Source: Octopus bimaculoides (lineage: Eukaryota). Taken from it: a DNA stretch of 64,000 nucleotides. Made by a program: the position numbers and the translations under genes. Shown one piece after another: positions 13,624-22,146 of the stretch (the stretch's first letter is position 1; each line of letters opens with the position of its first letter). Below the pieces are notes generated by a model. That model saw nothing but the letters and a program-made list of their open reading frames with translations, was not told the origin of the DNA and ran no database searches. Location: assembly GCF_001194135.2 (NCBI RefSeq), contig NC_068983.1, forward strand, positions 11,517,035 through 11,581,034. Direction: 5' to 3'.

Positions 13624-15976
13624 CATTCAGACAAATATTTATATATATGTATGCGTGTGTGTGTGTCTTTGTGTTTGTCCACTACCACTACTTAACAACT
13701 GGTGTTGGTTTGTTTACATCCTCAGAAGTTTGGCAAAGGCAACCAACAGAATAAGTACCAGTTTTAAAAATAAGTACAGGGGAATTCTATCAAGGTGATG
13801 CTACAGCATGGCCACGGTCCAATGACTGAAGTAAGTAAAGGGTAAAGGATTTATATATCACAACTGACAAAAATACTCTGTTTATTCTAGAGTTTACTCT
13901 TTTACTTGTTTCAGTCATTTGACTGCGGCCATGCTGGAGCACTGCCTTTATAGTCGAGCAAATCAACCCCAGAGCTTACTCTTTGTAAGCCTGGTACTTA
14001 TTCTATCGGTCTCTTTTGCTGAACCACTAAGTTATGGGGACGTAACACACCAGCATCGGTCGTCAAGCGATGTTGGGGGGACAAACACAGACACAAAAAC
14101 ATACACACACACACACATGTATATATATATATATATATATACATATACGACGGGCTTCTTTCAGTTTCCGTCTACCAAATCCACTCACAAGGCTTTGGCC
14201 AAGGTGCCATGCAGTAGGACTGAACCTGGCACCATGTGGTTGTTAAGCAGGCTACTTACCACACAACCACTCTTGTGCCTAATTTAGGTAAAACTTTTAA
14301 TTTTCAGTAGTAATTTGCTAGAACTTTCCAACAATTCATATTTTAATTGTAAAACAACAAATAAATAGTAGACTAAAAGACCAACGTACTTCTCCAAGAA
14401 ATTCACTCGCACCAAGTCTGTCATAATCCCATACTGTAATTTCTAATAATCTTTGTTTGAAGTGTGATTCTTTACCAGCAACATAGACAAATGTTTGGTT
14501 CCACGTTGGGTCATTGGTGTTGGGAATTGTTTTTGTGCGTCTTTTAGTTTTCTCACTGTCAATGTATGAAGATAGAGACATATAAGTTGGTAGATTATAT
14601 AAAGTAAAATTTTCAATAAATTTCATTCTCAAAATTCACTTCATATATCCTTCATGCATATTAAAGGTATCTTATATACATTGATTAATACATACATTTC
14701 ATTAGAAGGCTTGCTATAAAGTTAGCTGTCCAAATCAAAAAGCAAATTATTTGAATAACCTGTGCAGGTGACACGTAAAATACACCATTTCGAGCGTGGC
14801 CGTTGATCGTTTTCAAAATCGCCTCCCTAGCACCTTGTGCCAGTGACATGTGAAAAGACATTTGAGCGAGATTGTTGCCAGTGCCGATGGACTGGCTCTT
14901 GTGCAGGTGACACGTAAAATACACCATTTCGAGCGTAGCCATTGCCAGTAAGACATTCGAGCGAGATTGTTGCCAGTGCTGATGGACTGGCTCCTGTGCA
15001 GGTGACACGTAAAATACACCATTTCGAGCGTAGCTGTTGCCAGTAAGACATTCGAGTGAGATCGTTGCCAGTGTCAATGGACTGGCTCCTGTGCAGGTGG
15101 CATGTAAAATATACCATTTCGAGCATGGCCGTCGCCAGTACCGCCTGACTGGCCCTCGTGCCGATGGCACGTAAAAGCACCCACTACACTCTCGGAGTGG
15201 TTGGTGTTAGGAAGGGCATCCAGCTGTAGAAACTCTGCCAAATCAGATTGGAGCCTGGTGTAGCCATCTGGTTTCACCAGTCCTCAGTCAAATCGTCCAA
15301 CCCATGCCAGCATGGAAAGCGGACGTTAAATGATGATGATGATTTTCTGCAAGTCACATTGTCTCAATAAACTTGACATATCTCAATAAAAAATAGTTTC
15401 AAACATGACATTCCTCAATAAAAGATTGATTGGGATATAAAACTGCTTTAAGTTAAAGGCAATGAAATTTTGAGTAGATATACCTGATTTCTTCAGTAAA
15501 ACAGTGCAATGAATTAAGGAATTGTGATCAATAATGGATGGTAAAGTATAATTAAAATTTTTACCTTTTGTCAGGAAGTAAATACAGCTTACAGTATGGG
15601 TTGCGCAGTTTGCCATCTGCTGAAGGAAGTAGGTCCAGGGCACTGACAATGCAAATTGACAATTCACAACGACTATCATCATACCACATTCGAATCTGAA
15701 ATGACAGAAATCATATATAAAAGCAACAAAGATCAGATTTTTATCTATTTAAAAAAAAAAAAAATTCCTTTACCATTCAGTGCAGCATATCATTTCAAAA
15801 ATATTTTTTCAAGTAGGCGCAGGAGTGGCTGTGTGGTAAGTAGCTTGCTTACCAATCACATGGTTCCGGGTTCAGTCCCACTGCGTGGCACCTTGGGCAA
15901 GTGTCTTCTACTATAGCCTTGGGCTGACCAAAGCCTTGTGAGTGGATTTGGTAGATGGAAACTGAAAGAAGCCTGT

Positions 15977-16023
<47 letters not shown>

Positions 16024-16932
16024 ATATGTTTATGTGTCTGTGTTTGTGCCCCCAACATCACTTGACAACCAATGCTGGTGTGTTTGCGCCCCCGTCACTT
16101 AGCGGTTCGGCTAGACAGACCGGTAGAATAAGTACTAGGCTTACAAAGAATAAGTCCCGGGGTCGATTAGCTTGACTAAAAGGTGGTGCTCCAGCATGGC
16201 CGCAGTCAAATGACTGAAACAAATAAAAGAATAAGTATATCTATAGTACTTTTAATTCAGTTGATTTTCTGTTTAGGTAAAACAGAACTTAACGTTTGTG
16301 ATTGTCATGCTAAAAGGAATTTGTAGTTGCTTCATCTGACAACACTACTTGCAAATTATTGATTTAATTTCTTACTTCAAGTATTCTTATTTCTTTATTG
16401 CCCACAAAGGGCTAAACATAAAGGGGACAAACAAGAACAGACAAAGAGATTAAGTTGATTACATCGACCCCGGAAGGATGAAAGGCGAAGTCGACCTCAG
16501 CGGAATTTGAACTGAGAACGTAATGGCAGACGAAATACCACTAAGCATTTCGCCCATTGTGCTAAGGTTTCTGCCAGCTCACCACCTTAATTCTTACTTC
16601 AAATATTCTGTCATCATTTACATTTATTATTAATATCAAATTTAAGAGAAAAAAACTGATTCCATGATAATTTGAAATGTAATGTTGGTGAGATTTTGCA
16701 CAATTTCTATCGTTGTAAACAGTTCTCAACCATCAACTTTAAAATAACAGCATGGTGCAGGTATGGCTGTGTGGTTAAGAAGTTTGCTTCTGGACTATGT
16801 GGTCTTCAGTTCAATCTTACTGCACAGTACCTTCAGTAAGTGTCTTTTACTATATACTCTGGGCTGACCAAAGCCTTGTGAATGGATTTCATAAACTGAA
16901 ACTGAAACAGTGTGTGTGTATGTGTGTGTGTG

Positions 16933-16964
<32 letters not shown>

Positions 16965-19900
16965 ATGTGTGTTCCCTTGTTTTGATATCATGTGATGGTT
17001 GTAAGCAAGTGACACCTTCATACAACTGATGCCATTCACTTCCAGTCTTTCATGAAAAACATGCCTGAATGGGGAAATATTAACTTGTTGCCAGTGCCGC
17101 TGGACTGGCTCCTGTGCAGGTGGCATGTAAAATACACCATTTCGAGCATGGCCGTTGCCAGTACCGCCTGACTGGCCCTCGTGCCGGTGGCACGTAAACG
17201 CACCCACTACACTCTCGGAGTGGTTGGCGTTAGGAAGGGCATCCAGCTGTAGAAACTCTGCCAAATCAGATTGGAGCCTGGTGTAGCCACCTGGTCCACC
17301 AGTCCTCAGTCAAATCGTCCAACCCATGCTAGCATGAAAAGCGGATGTTAAACGATGATGACGATGATGAAACAGGTGATGGTTGGTAACAGGAAGGGCA
17401 TTGGCCATAGTAAATTTCATTTGACCCATGCCTGGATGGAAAATGGACATTAAATGATGACAGATTATAGAAAGAAATACTTTTAACAAGTACAATGACA
17501 GTGATATCTATAAAATAAATGTTATGATAATTTACTTGAATTTTTCCGGTAATTTGCGGTGAATGGACCCGCTTTCCTGAGGCACTCGGTGATCCAGGGG
17601 AAGTGACCATGACACTGGGACGAGTCATGAGACCATCTTTTGAACTATAATCTGCTGAAAAGTAATTTAAAATAACAAAAAAAGAGAAAAGAGAAAAAGA
17701 AAATTGTGAGAATATATAAACATACATCTTCATTTCAATAATTAAGATAAATTGCTTATAATATCCTTTGATATAAAACAGATTTCAATCGGCGTAATGA
17801 GCTCTGCTACTAAAAGACACAAAAGCTTCAACTCTTTTGTTGCAAATAGGTGCAGGAGAAATTATTATCATATTGTGAACACACTCCTGCAAAACAAACA
17901 TGGACCATATTACTTGGTAACTGTAATTGCTTATAAGTAAAAATAAAATCAAACCCACTGTCATTTGGCCTTACAGCACTGATCTTGCAGAGAACACAAC
18001 ATTAAAACATTAAGAAGTAAAACTGTTATACACAGATTTCTCATCAAAGTAAAACCTCCATAACTGCAGAATGTCTCAAAAAAAGAGAAACATGTCACTC
18101 CTATAGGTTCGAATCAAACTTTAAAAGCTTTGATTACTTTGATTGGAAGCAAACATTAAAGGCATGAATAGTAGAAAAAAATCCATTTTATGGTTGAGGA
18201 AAAAAAATCATTCATGACTTTATGAGTGTATTAGCATTGTGTCTGTGAACCTTGCAGCATGATTGGCCCATCGTAGTTTGTGTGGTGGCATTCAGCAATG
18301 ATGTCCTTCACTCCAGTTCTATCCCTGATCTCCTTATATCTCTTAGTGAGATTCCAAACATCAACCTTTCCATGGTTGTCTGCGCCGTAAACAGATGTTG
18401 TTCTTTTCTTAGCATAAGGCAGTGAGTTGGCAGAAACATTAGCATGCCGGGTGAAATGCTGCAACATTCTGAGTTCAAATTCCGCCGAGGTCGACTTTGT
18501 CTTTCATCCTTTCGAGGTTGATAAATTTAGTACCAGTTGCACACTGGGGTCGATGTAATCGACTTAATCCCCTTGTCTGTCCTTGTTTGTCCCCTCTATG
18601 TTTAGCCACTTGTGGGCAATAAAGAAATAAGATGTTCTTTTCTCTTCATCAAGGCCCAAGTCTCACATGCGTTAGCATTGCAGGTAACACTCTGCTGTTG
18701 AAGAGATTGGACCTGAGCAGTTGCTGAGTGGTATCTGCACGAATGGAAGAGATCACTTGGAAGACCTCCAATCAGGTGAGATGATGATTTAAGAAAAGAT
18801 GTTTGGAATGTGGAGGAGAATAGCAAGAGCACAAGAGAAGAATGGAGCAAATGCTGTGGCCAGCAGAGCTGACTTGGCACCAGCCAGCCTGGCTGATCCA
18901 GGCAATTAGCATTGTGGTCAACTGTTATATTGTATTATTTTGATGAACCCATTTAAATAACTGCAATAGATTGCTAATAATATCTATTTATATGTGCATC
19001 TAAGAATATCCAATAGAAATGCAATTTTTAATTAAAAAATATTTACACAATTATTCTAGAATATTTGATTTTGTTTGTATGAGATTATACTTTATTCTCT
19101 GGTCAGCTCTGGTCAAGTAGTCCTATGATCAAGGCTGTTCTCATCTTATTTTCAGATAATATATCTAGAACTACATTATCTAATATGCCAGTTCTATTTT
19201 AAGGTGGTAATGTGTCTGGTTTGTGTATTTGTAAAGCTATTTAAACAGCTGAAATTTAACAAACTTTATCACTTACCTCTACCTGAAGGCTCAATTTGCT
19301 GCAAGCCAGGAGGAATCTCACCAGTTCTGAAAAAACAAAAATAGGAAATGATTATTTAAAGGAGTTCTATTATAAAATAGCTATCAAAATCAATTATTCT
19401 GCATTTTAAGAGAATCTGAAAATCAAATAATCATTATTTTCTCATATCTATGATTCTAAATTTACTCAGTTCAACAGGATACATCAAGTTAAGTTAACAT
19501 TATAGTGGTGTAAAGTAGGCCACTCATCAGTTCATTCAATAACAATTTACACAATACTCTTCCACAATTGCATTATTAGATTGACAAATGCACTCCTGAT
19601 CCGATAATGGGTATTTTGATATTTTGTATATCAAAGCTATAATTGAAACAAAATTTTGTAATAATCAAATGATTTTCTATACATCCTAACTTTATGCTAG
19701 AATAAGTATGACCTCTTTGCAGAAAGACTAAAAACTCCTCAAAGTTAGGGTTATTACCAATGCTGCTATAGAGCATAAATATTTAATTCAGTAAAATGCT
19801 TATAATCTTTTGCCTCCATTTCAAACACATGGGTTGTTGTTGTTGTTGGCACTCCGTCGCTTACGACGTCGAGGGTTCCAGTTGATCCGATCAACGGAAC

Positions 19901-21096
19901 AGCTTGCTCGTGAAATTAACGTGCAAGTGGCTGAGCACTCCACAGACACGTGTACCCTTAACGTAGTTCTCGGGGATATTCAGCGCGACACAGTGTGACA
20001 AGGGTGACCCTTTGAATTACAGGCAAAACAGAAACAGGAAGTAAGAGTGAGAGAAAGTTGTGGTGAAAGAGTACAGCAGGGTTCGCCACCATCCCCTGCC
20101 AGAGCCTTGTGGAGCTTTAGGTGTTTTTGCTCAATAAACACTCACAACGTCCGGTCTGGGAATTGAAACCGCAATCCTATTACCACGAGTCCGCTGCCCT
20201 AACCACTGGGCTGTTGTGCCTCCACCAAACACATGGGTATATAAAACAAAATTTTTGTAATGAAGTGAAGACTAAAATTGTATTCTCTACTCTGACCCAG
20301 ACTATACTATCCTGATGTATTCACACATTGCAATCAGAATATAAATTTTCAAAATCATATTATCATTGATTCCTTAACTGCTGCTCACAGATTTTTACTT
20401 AGAACAGCAATATAATAGCAAAATAATACAATAGGCATTTAAGTGTTTTGATATACTTTGACATCAGAAATATCTTGTAATGTAAAAGTGTATTGAAAGA
20501 TGATATACCATAAAGATCTTTTAACACTTACTTTGCATTTCTATGTACAATTAGCTCTACTTGAGGTTCGTGTTTGGTTTCAAAAATGATGTCATACACT
20601 TCTTCAAATGTGGCTTCACGCAATGATCGTCCATTCCATTCCACAACTTCATCTCCTGATAAACAAAATAATTTTAATGCATTTTATAATATAATGAAGA
20701 AAAGAGAACAATTTTATTTTATTCTACTGGTAATGTAGATGGATTGAGTAATCTGAAAAGTATTTTGTATTTGGGAACAAAATATTAAGAAATACTCAAG
20801 TAATTTACCAAAAAAATTATTTAATGAAATTACATACTATGAAGTAAAATCAAAATAACTTTATAAAAATATATAATAACTAACAAATGTATATAAATTT
20901 TATATTCCAGCATGGCCGTAGCTCTGAGCTGAAACTATAAAAAAAAAAAAAGAAAAAAAAAATTCATGCAATTTCTTGAATACATTACCTGCCCGCAAAT
21001 GGCCCACAGTATCTGCTATGCTGCCTTTTTTTACTTTTGTAATGAATGCACCAAGTTGACCTTTTTCTGTCATTCGACCACCAACAACTTTTAAAC
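154..21096 (-). CDS. RIMS: RIM/unc-10 family presynaptic active-zone protein (RIMS1/2-like), partial multi-exon CDS: PDZ - C2A - linker
   Basis: 13 exons with canonical GT/AG ends join in one open frame (108+124+50+119+131+166+108+118+168+27+205+143+237 = 1704 nt, phase 1 to phase 1). Translation has the RIM PDZ (LKVVGGRMTEKGQLGAFITKVKKGSIADTVGHLRAGDEVVEWNG), C2A (RNPYCKLYLLPDKS...KRRTKT...WNQTFVY...EITVWD...EFLGE) and RQLPSIP. Confidence 0.97.
760..1075 (+). mobile_element. Degenerate CR1/L2-like LINE 3' remnant
   Basis: QDMVEIYTIIKG resembles the RGDMIExYKIIxG C-terminal motif. Confidence 0.35.
1080..1410 (+). mobile_element. Penelope-like element terminal (pLTR-like) remnant with hammerhead-like motifs
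   Basis: GC/CpG-rich island with gtcatgtgac, gtatttaaag, and ctgaa(ga)/ctgatga plus ccgaaacc motifs inside paired stems. Confidence 0.45.
1906..2048 (-). CDS. RIMS: RIM exon with RIM-BP SH3-binding-type motif RQLPSIP (1937-1957)
   Basis: ctccatag acceptor, gtgagt donor, 143 nt, phase 2-1; RQNRGMSPIRVLPTTSRSAGGTPSSTPSPKKRQLPSIPIEAQIASRDR. Confidence 0.94.
2478..2682 (-). CDS. RIMS: RIM exon (VIARDELDDHRKHNHPEGGSLVVPEKGTRQRSRSPVEDMNHGSSRTTRSPARHQVPETLSRSLSPHSS)
   Basis: tatttatatag acceptor (phase 1 fits), gtttgt donor, 205 nt, phase 1-2; RSRSP-type low complexity. Confidence 0.9.
3300..4760 (-). mobile_element. Degenerate Penelope-like element (RT thumb, GIY-YIG endonuclease, CT-rich 3' region)
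   Basis: Broken frames give CLFRQNQGIP (CxFFxxRGYP spacing), RNFSLLSQ..IF, CTSINCIFC and HFSEHL..SKPV; contains a 41-bp tandem duplication at 4029-4110. Confidence 0.55.
7756..7782 (-). CDS. RIMS: 27-nt microexon (VRYILRGRS), probably an alternative cassette
   Basis: long pyrimidine tract ending tttctgcttcag, donor AGTG|gtaaag, phase 1-1 open frame, 68-nt upstream intron. Confidence 0.7.
7851..8018 (-). CDS. RIMS: RIM exon (GAALLERMGGSSISSLSSAISAAHLNEDYSEIMDGRCKSRRDRGVGSPTTRRRSGT)
   Basis: ctgcccag acceptor, gtagat donor, 168 nt, phase 1-1, GC/CpG-rich relative to flanks. Confidence 0.9.
8430..8574. mobile_element. hAT (Charlie-like) MITE, 145 bp
   Basis: 16-bp TIR CAGGCATGGGCAACCT/CAGTCATGGGCAACCT, 8-bp TSD gtttacgc/gtttacac, subterminal ggccaca motifs. 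Confidence 0.85.
11236..11353 (-). CDS. RIMS: RIM exon (KSSHDPGDIQKVHLSPPVGSRGFSDSDMSEFDYDDSFQT)
   Basis: tcttttctcag acceptor, gtataa donor, 118 nt, phase 0-1; SDSDMSEFDYDD resembles the RIM SDSEVSDYDCDD motif. Confidence 0.93.
11702..12092 (+). mobile_element. Chimeric SINE: family-D tRNA head fused to a full family-B SINE
   Basis: D head 11702-11840, B body 11853-12080, A-rich tail, one 17-bp TSD aataaacttaaatcatt (11685-11701 and 12093-12109). Confidence 0.85.
12779..12886 (-). CDS. RIMS: RIM exon, end of C2A (VIIDLSRANFKDDPLWYPLRQQDESNIQLPTSSSRT)
   Basis: ttttcttcag acceptor, gtaagt donor, 108 nt, phase 0-0; DDPLWYPL matches the C2A last strand. Confidence 0.95.
13006..13406 (+). mobile_element. 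tRNA-derived SINE family A
   Basis: ggc..gagtggctgtgtggtaag head with B-box-like ggttcagtccc, central (TA)n/(TG)n, 3' gactgaaacaagtaaaagag; multiple copies in window. Confidence 0.9.
13407..13846 (+). mobile_element. SINE family A, diverged copy
   Basis: Colinear similarity to 13006-13406. Confidence 0.8.
13895..14281 (-). mobile_element. SINE family A, inverted copy
   Basis: Reverse complement of family A with a small internal deletion. Confidence 0.9.
14390..14555 (-). CDS. RIMS: RIM exon, C2A part 2 (SEKTKRRTKTIPNTNDPTWNQTFVYVAGKESHFKQRLLEITVWDYDRLGASEFLGE)
   Basis: ttgacag acceptor, gtacgt donor, 166 nt, phase 2-0. Confidence 0.97.
14760..15342 (+). mobile_element. SINE family C (RTE-type tail, (GAT)n) with internal 95-bp tandem units
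   Basis: ttaggaagggcatccagctgtagaaa core, ccaacccatgccagcatggaaagcggacgttaaa(tga)n tail; unit starts at 14761, 14900, 14995, 15090. Confidence 0.85.
15565..15695 (-). CDS. RIMS: RIM exon, C2A part 1 (IRMWYDDSRCELSICIVSALDLLPSADGKLRNPYCKLYLLPDK)
   Basis: catttcag acceptor, gtaaaa donor, 131 nt, phase 0-2. Confidence 0.96.
15814..16235 (+). mobile_element. SINE family A
   Basis: Full-length copy colinear with 13006-13406. Confidence 0.9.
16386..16587 (-). mobile_element. tRNA-derived SINE family B (ggcggcgagctggcagaa head, Nin-like core), internally deleted
   Basis: Reverse complement of 11853-12080; TSD ttcttacttcaa(g/a)tattc. Confidence 0.9.
16752..17465 (+). mobile_element. SINE cluster: family A head, (TG)n, family C copy and a short C variant
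   Basis: Similarity to other copies; (GAT)n tails at about 17372 and 17460. Confidence 0.8.
17536..17654 (-). CDS. RIMS: RIM exon (ADYSSKDGLMTRPSVMVTSPGSPSASGKRVHSPQITGKIQ)
   Basis: ttttcagCAG tandem acceptor, gtaaat donor, 119 nt, phase 1-0; RPSVMVTSPGSP resembles the RIM pre-C2A motif. Confidence 0.94.
18242..18904. mobile_element. 5'-inverted RTE-clade LINE fragment with a nested SINE
   Basis: Minus piece NLFNSRVLPAM..ACETWAL..EIRDRTGVKDII..ARFTD; plus piece WT*AVAEWY..KRSLGRPP; 12-bp TSD attagcattgtg at 18230-18241 and 18905-18916. Confidence 0.85.
18417..18630 (+). mobile_element. SINE family B inserted in the RTE fragment
   Basis: Full-length family B; duplicated gttcttttct flanks. 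Confidence 0.9.
19277..19326 (-). CDS. RIMS: RIM exon, PDZ-C2A linker (TGEIPPGLQQIEPSGR)
   Basis: ttttttcag acceptor, gtaagt donor, 50 nt, phase 2-1; required to keep the frame. Confidence 0.9.
19835..20225 (-). mobile_element. tRNA-derived SINE family D, full length, (AAC)n tail
   Basis: Head gtggaggcacaacagcccagtggttagggcagcggactc, CpG-rich body, 13-bp TSD caaacacatgggt (19822-19834 and 20226-20238). Confidence 0.9.
20532..20655 (-). CDS. RIMS: RIM exon, PDZ part 2 (DEVVEWNGRSLREATFEEVYDIIFETKHEPQVELIVHRNA)
   Basis: tttatcag acceptor, gtaagt donor, 124 nt, phase 1-2; not in the ORF track. Confidence 0.96.
20989..21096 (-). CDS. RIMS: RIM exon, PDZ part 1 (G|LKVVGGRMTEKGQLGAFITKVKKGSIADTVGHLRA|G)
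   Basis: ttttgttag acceptor, gtaatg donor, 108 nt, phase 1-1; near-identical to the recalled vertebrate RIM PDZ. Confidence 0.97.
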
Positions 21097-22013
21097 CTAA
21101 CAAAACAAATAATGATGCAGTTTGTTATGAAATAGAAATTCATAAAGCTTATATTCAGTAAAAAGAGTAAAAAAATTACTTTCATTCTACAAGTTAGTTG
21201 ATGTTGAATTGAGCCGTCTGAAAATATTAAATTCATGTAACATATTTCAGCAACATCAGCTGTAATGAAAATGTAATAAAAAAAAAAAGAAGAAAAAAAA
21301 CCCATAGCTTTTCAGATGTGACATATCTGTTCAGCTTCCTTAAACATTTGGAAAATTATTTGTAGCTCATACAAAAAAATAACTCAATCAACATAACTCT
21401 ATAGATCAGGGTTAATAATATTACCAACACATCTGAATACAAGAGGTTTCACACAAAGGATCTACTAGCAGTTGTCTAAAGTGGGATTCAAACTAAACAG
21501 CTTTTCTAGAACAGGGAATTTGATTGACCATCTACATGACATTGCACATACAGACAGCTGATTAAAACAATACAAAAGTTGACATATATATAGATATATA
21601 TACCACACATGAGCAAGTTGTACAGATGTAGCAGAGATTTACAGTCATCTGGTTAGCTCTTCCCAGCACCACTGACTGGAGCAGCCATGCCAACAACAAT
21701 GAAAGATTTTTACAGAGAAGCAATTAATTTAGCAACTCATGCTTAAGTTACAATGAAAATTATTTTCTAAATATAACTGCCGCTTGAAAACATTTGCTAT
21801 TTTCAGAATTTTCCAGATTTTCTTTTTACAAGTATTAAATGAATATAGATTTCATCTTTTAATGATAAAAGAATTGCTTGTACAGTGAAAATATAATGTT
21901 ACTGTTTGTTCCTGGTAGGACGACTCATTGAAAATATTTAAATTAGATGATACATGAAACTAATATGAGTGTGGATTCTATCATGGATAACAGTAAGAAT
22001 GTTAATGGAGAAA

Positions 22014-22050
<37 letters not shown>

Positions 22051-22107
22051 CATATATATATATATATACACACACATATAGGGGAAGATGATAAGGGAGA
22101 GTGAATG

Positions 22108-22146
<39 letters not shown>

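Noticed and set aside
14760-15140. Regularly spaced repeats reminiscent of a CRISPR array
   Set aside because: Eukaryotic SINE-internal tandem units with no unique spacers and no cas genes
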